From positions 3,286,001-3,350,000 of the forward strand of contig CP110439.1 in the NCBI GenBank assembly GCA_026914245.1: a stretch of DNA of 64,000 nucleotides, written 5' to 3'. The DNA comes from Puccinia triticina. Its lineage: Eukaryota. Shown here piece after piece: positions 63,850 to 64,000 of this stretch. A model generated the notes under the pieces. It searched no databases. It saw nothing but the letters and a program-made list of their open reading frames with translations, and had not been told where the DNA came from. Numbering within the stretch: the stretch's first letter is position 1; every line of letters starts with the position of its first letter. A program made the position numbers and the translations under genes.

Positions 63850-64000
63850 TAGAAAAAAAAATCAAGGGTTTCCCCTACAATTAAGTAAATCACAAAAAAA
63901 AAAATCAAAGGTTCCCCCATTTACAAAAAAAGCACCGTGGCCCAACACCCATTCCTGTCTAGCAGGGTTAAAAAGCGTTGGGAAGAAGACCCCCAGCCCT
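63850..64000. repeat. Dispersed repeat, homologous to 51830-51976 + 54183-54300
   Basis: Shares AAAAAATCAAGGGTTTCCCCT and GCACCGTGGCCCA..CCAT.CCTGTCTAGCAGGGTTAAAAA..GACCCCCAGC. It runs off the window end. Confidence 0.7.

Overview
This is eukaryotic, intron-containing fungal DNA, most consistent with a rust fungus (Pucciniales). That assignment is inferred from the short introns, the gene content and a TCG->TTG mutation bias in repeats. Three host genes look intact, all on the - strand: a giant PHD+SET protein of the Set3/Set4 type (5681-17466), a heterotrimeric G-protein alpha subunit with a 9-nt microexon (25910-27813), and the tRNA A34 deaminase TAD2 (48668-49689). The window also holds tRNA-Pro(AGG), a degenerate tRNA-Ala(AGC), a candidate small secreted protein and an MFS transporter pseudogene fused to a coiled-coil ORF. 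The rest is a dense, nested transposon landscape: two ~3.1-kb hAT elements, many MITEs with readable TIRs and TSDs (hAT, PIF/Harbinger, Tc1/mariner, CACTA, P-like and GG-ended types), and several solo LTRs. The most unusual signal is a 215-bp TG...CA element with 5-bp TSDs, i.e. a solo LTR, that carries a tRNA-Thr(AGT)-like gene with box A/B inside it. It is present twice at about 98% identity, and one copy is split by a full-length hAT. This suggests an LTR/TRIM retroelement with a captured Pol III promoter, a tRNA analogue of the 5S-carrying Cassandra elements. A palindromic GATGACCGG/CCGGTCATC minisatellite is also shared as cargo by otherwise unrelated DNA-transposon families.
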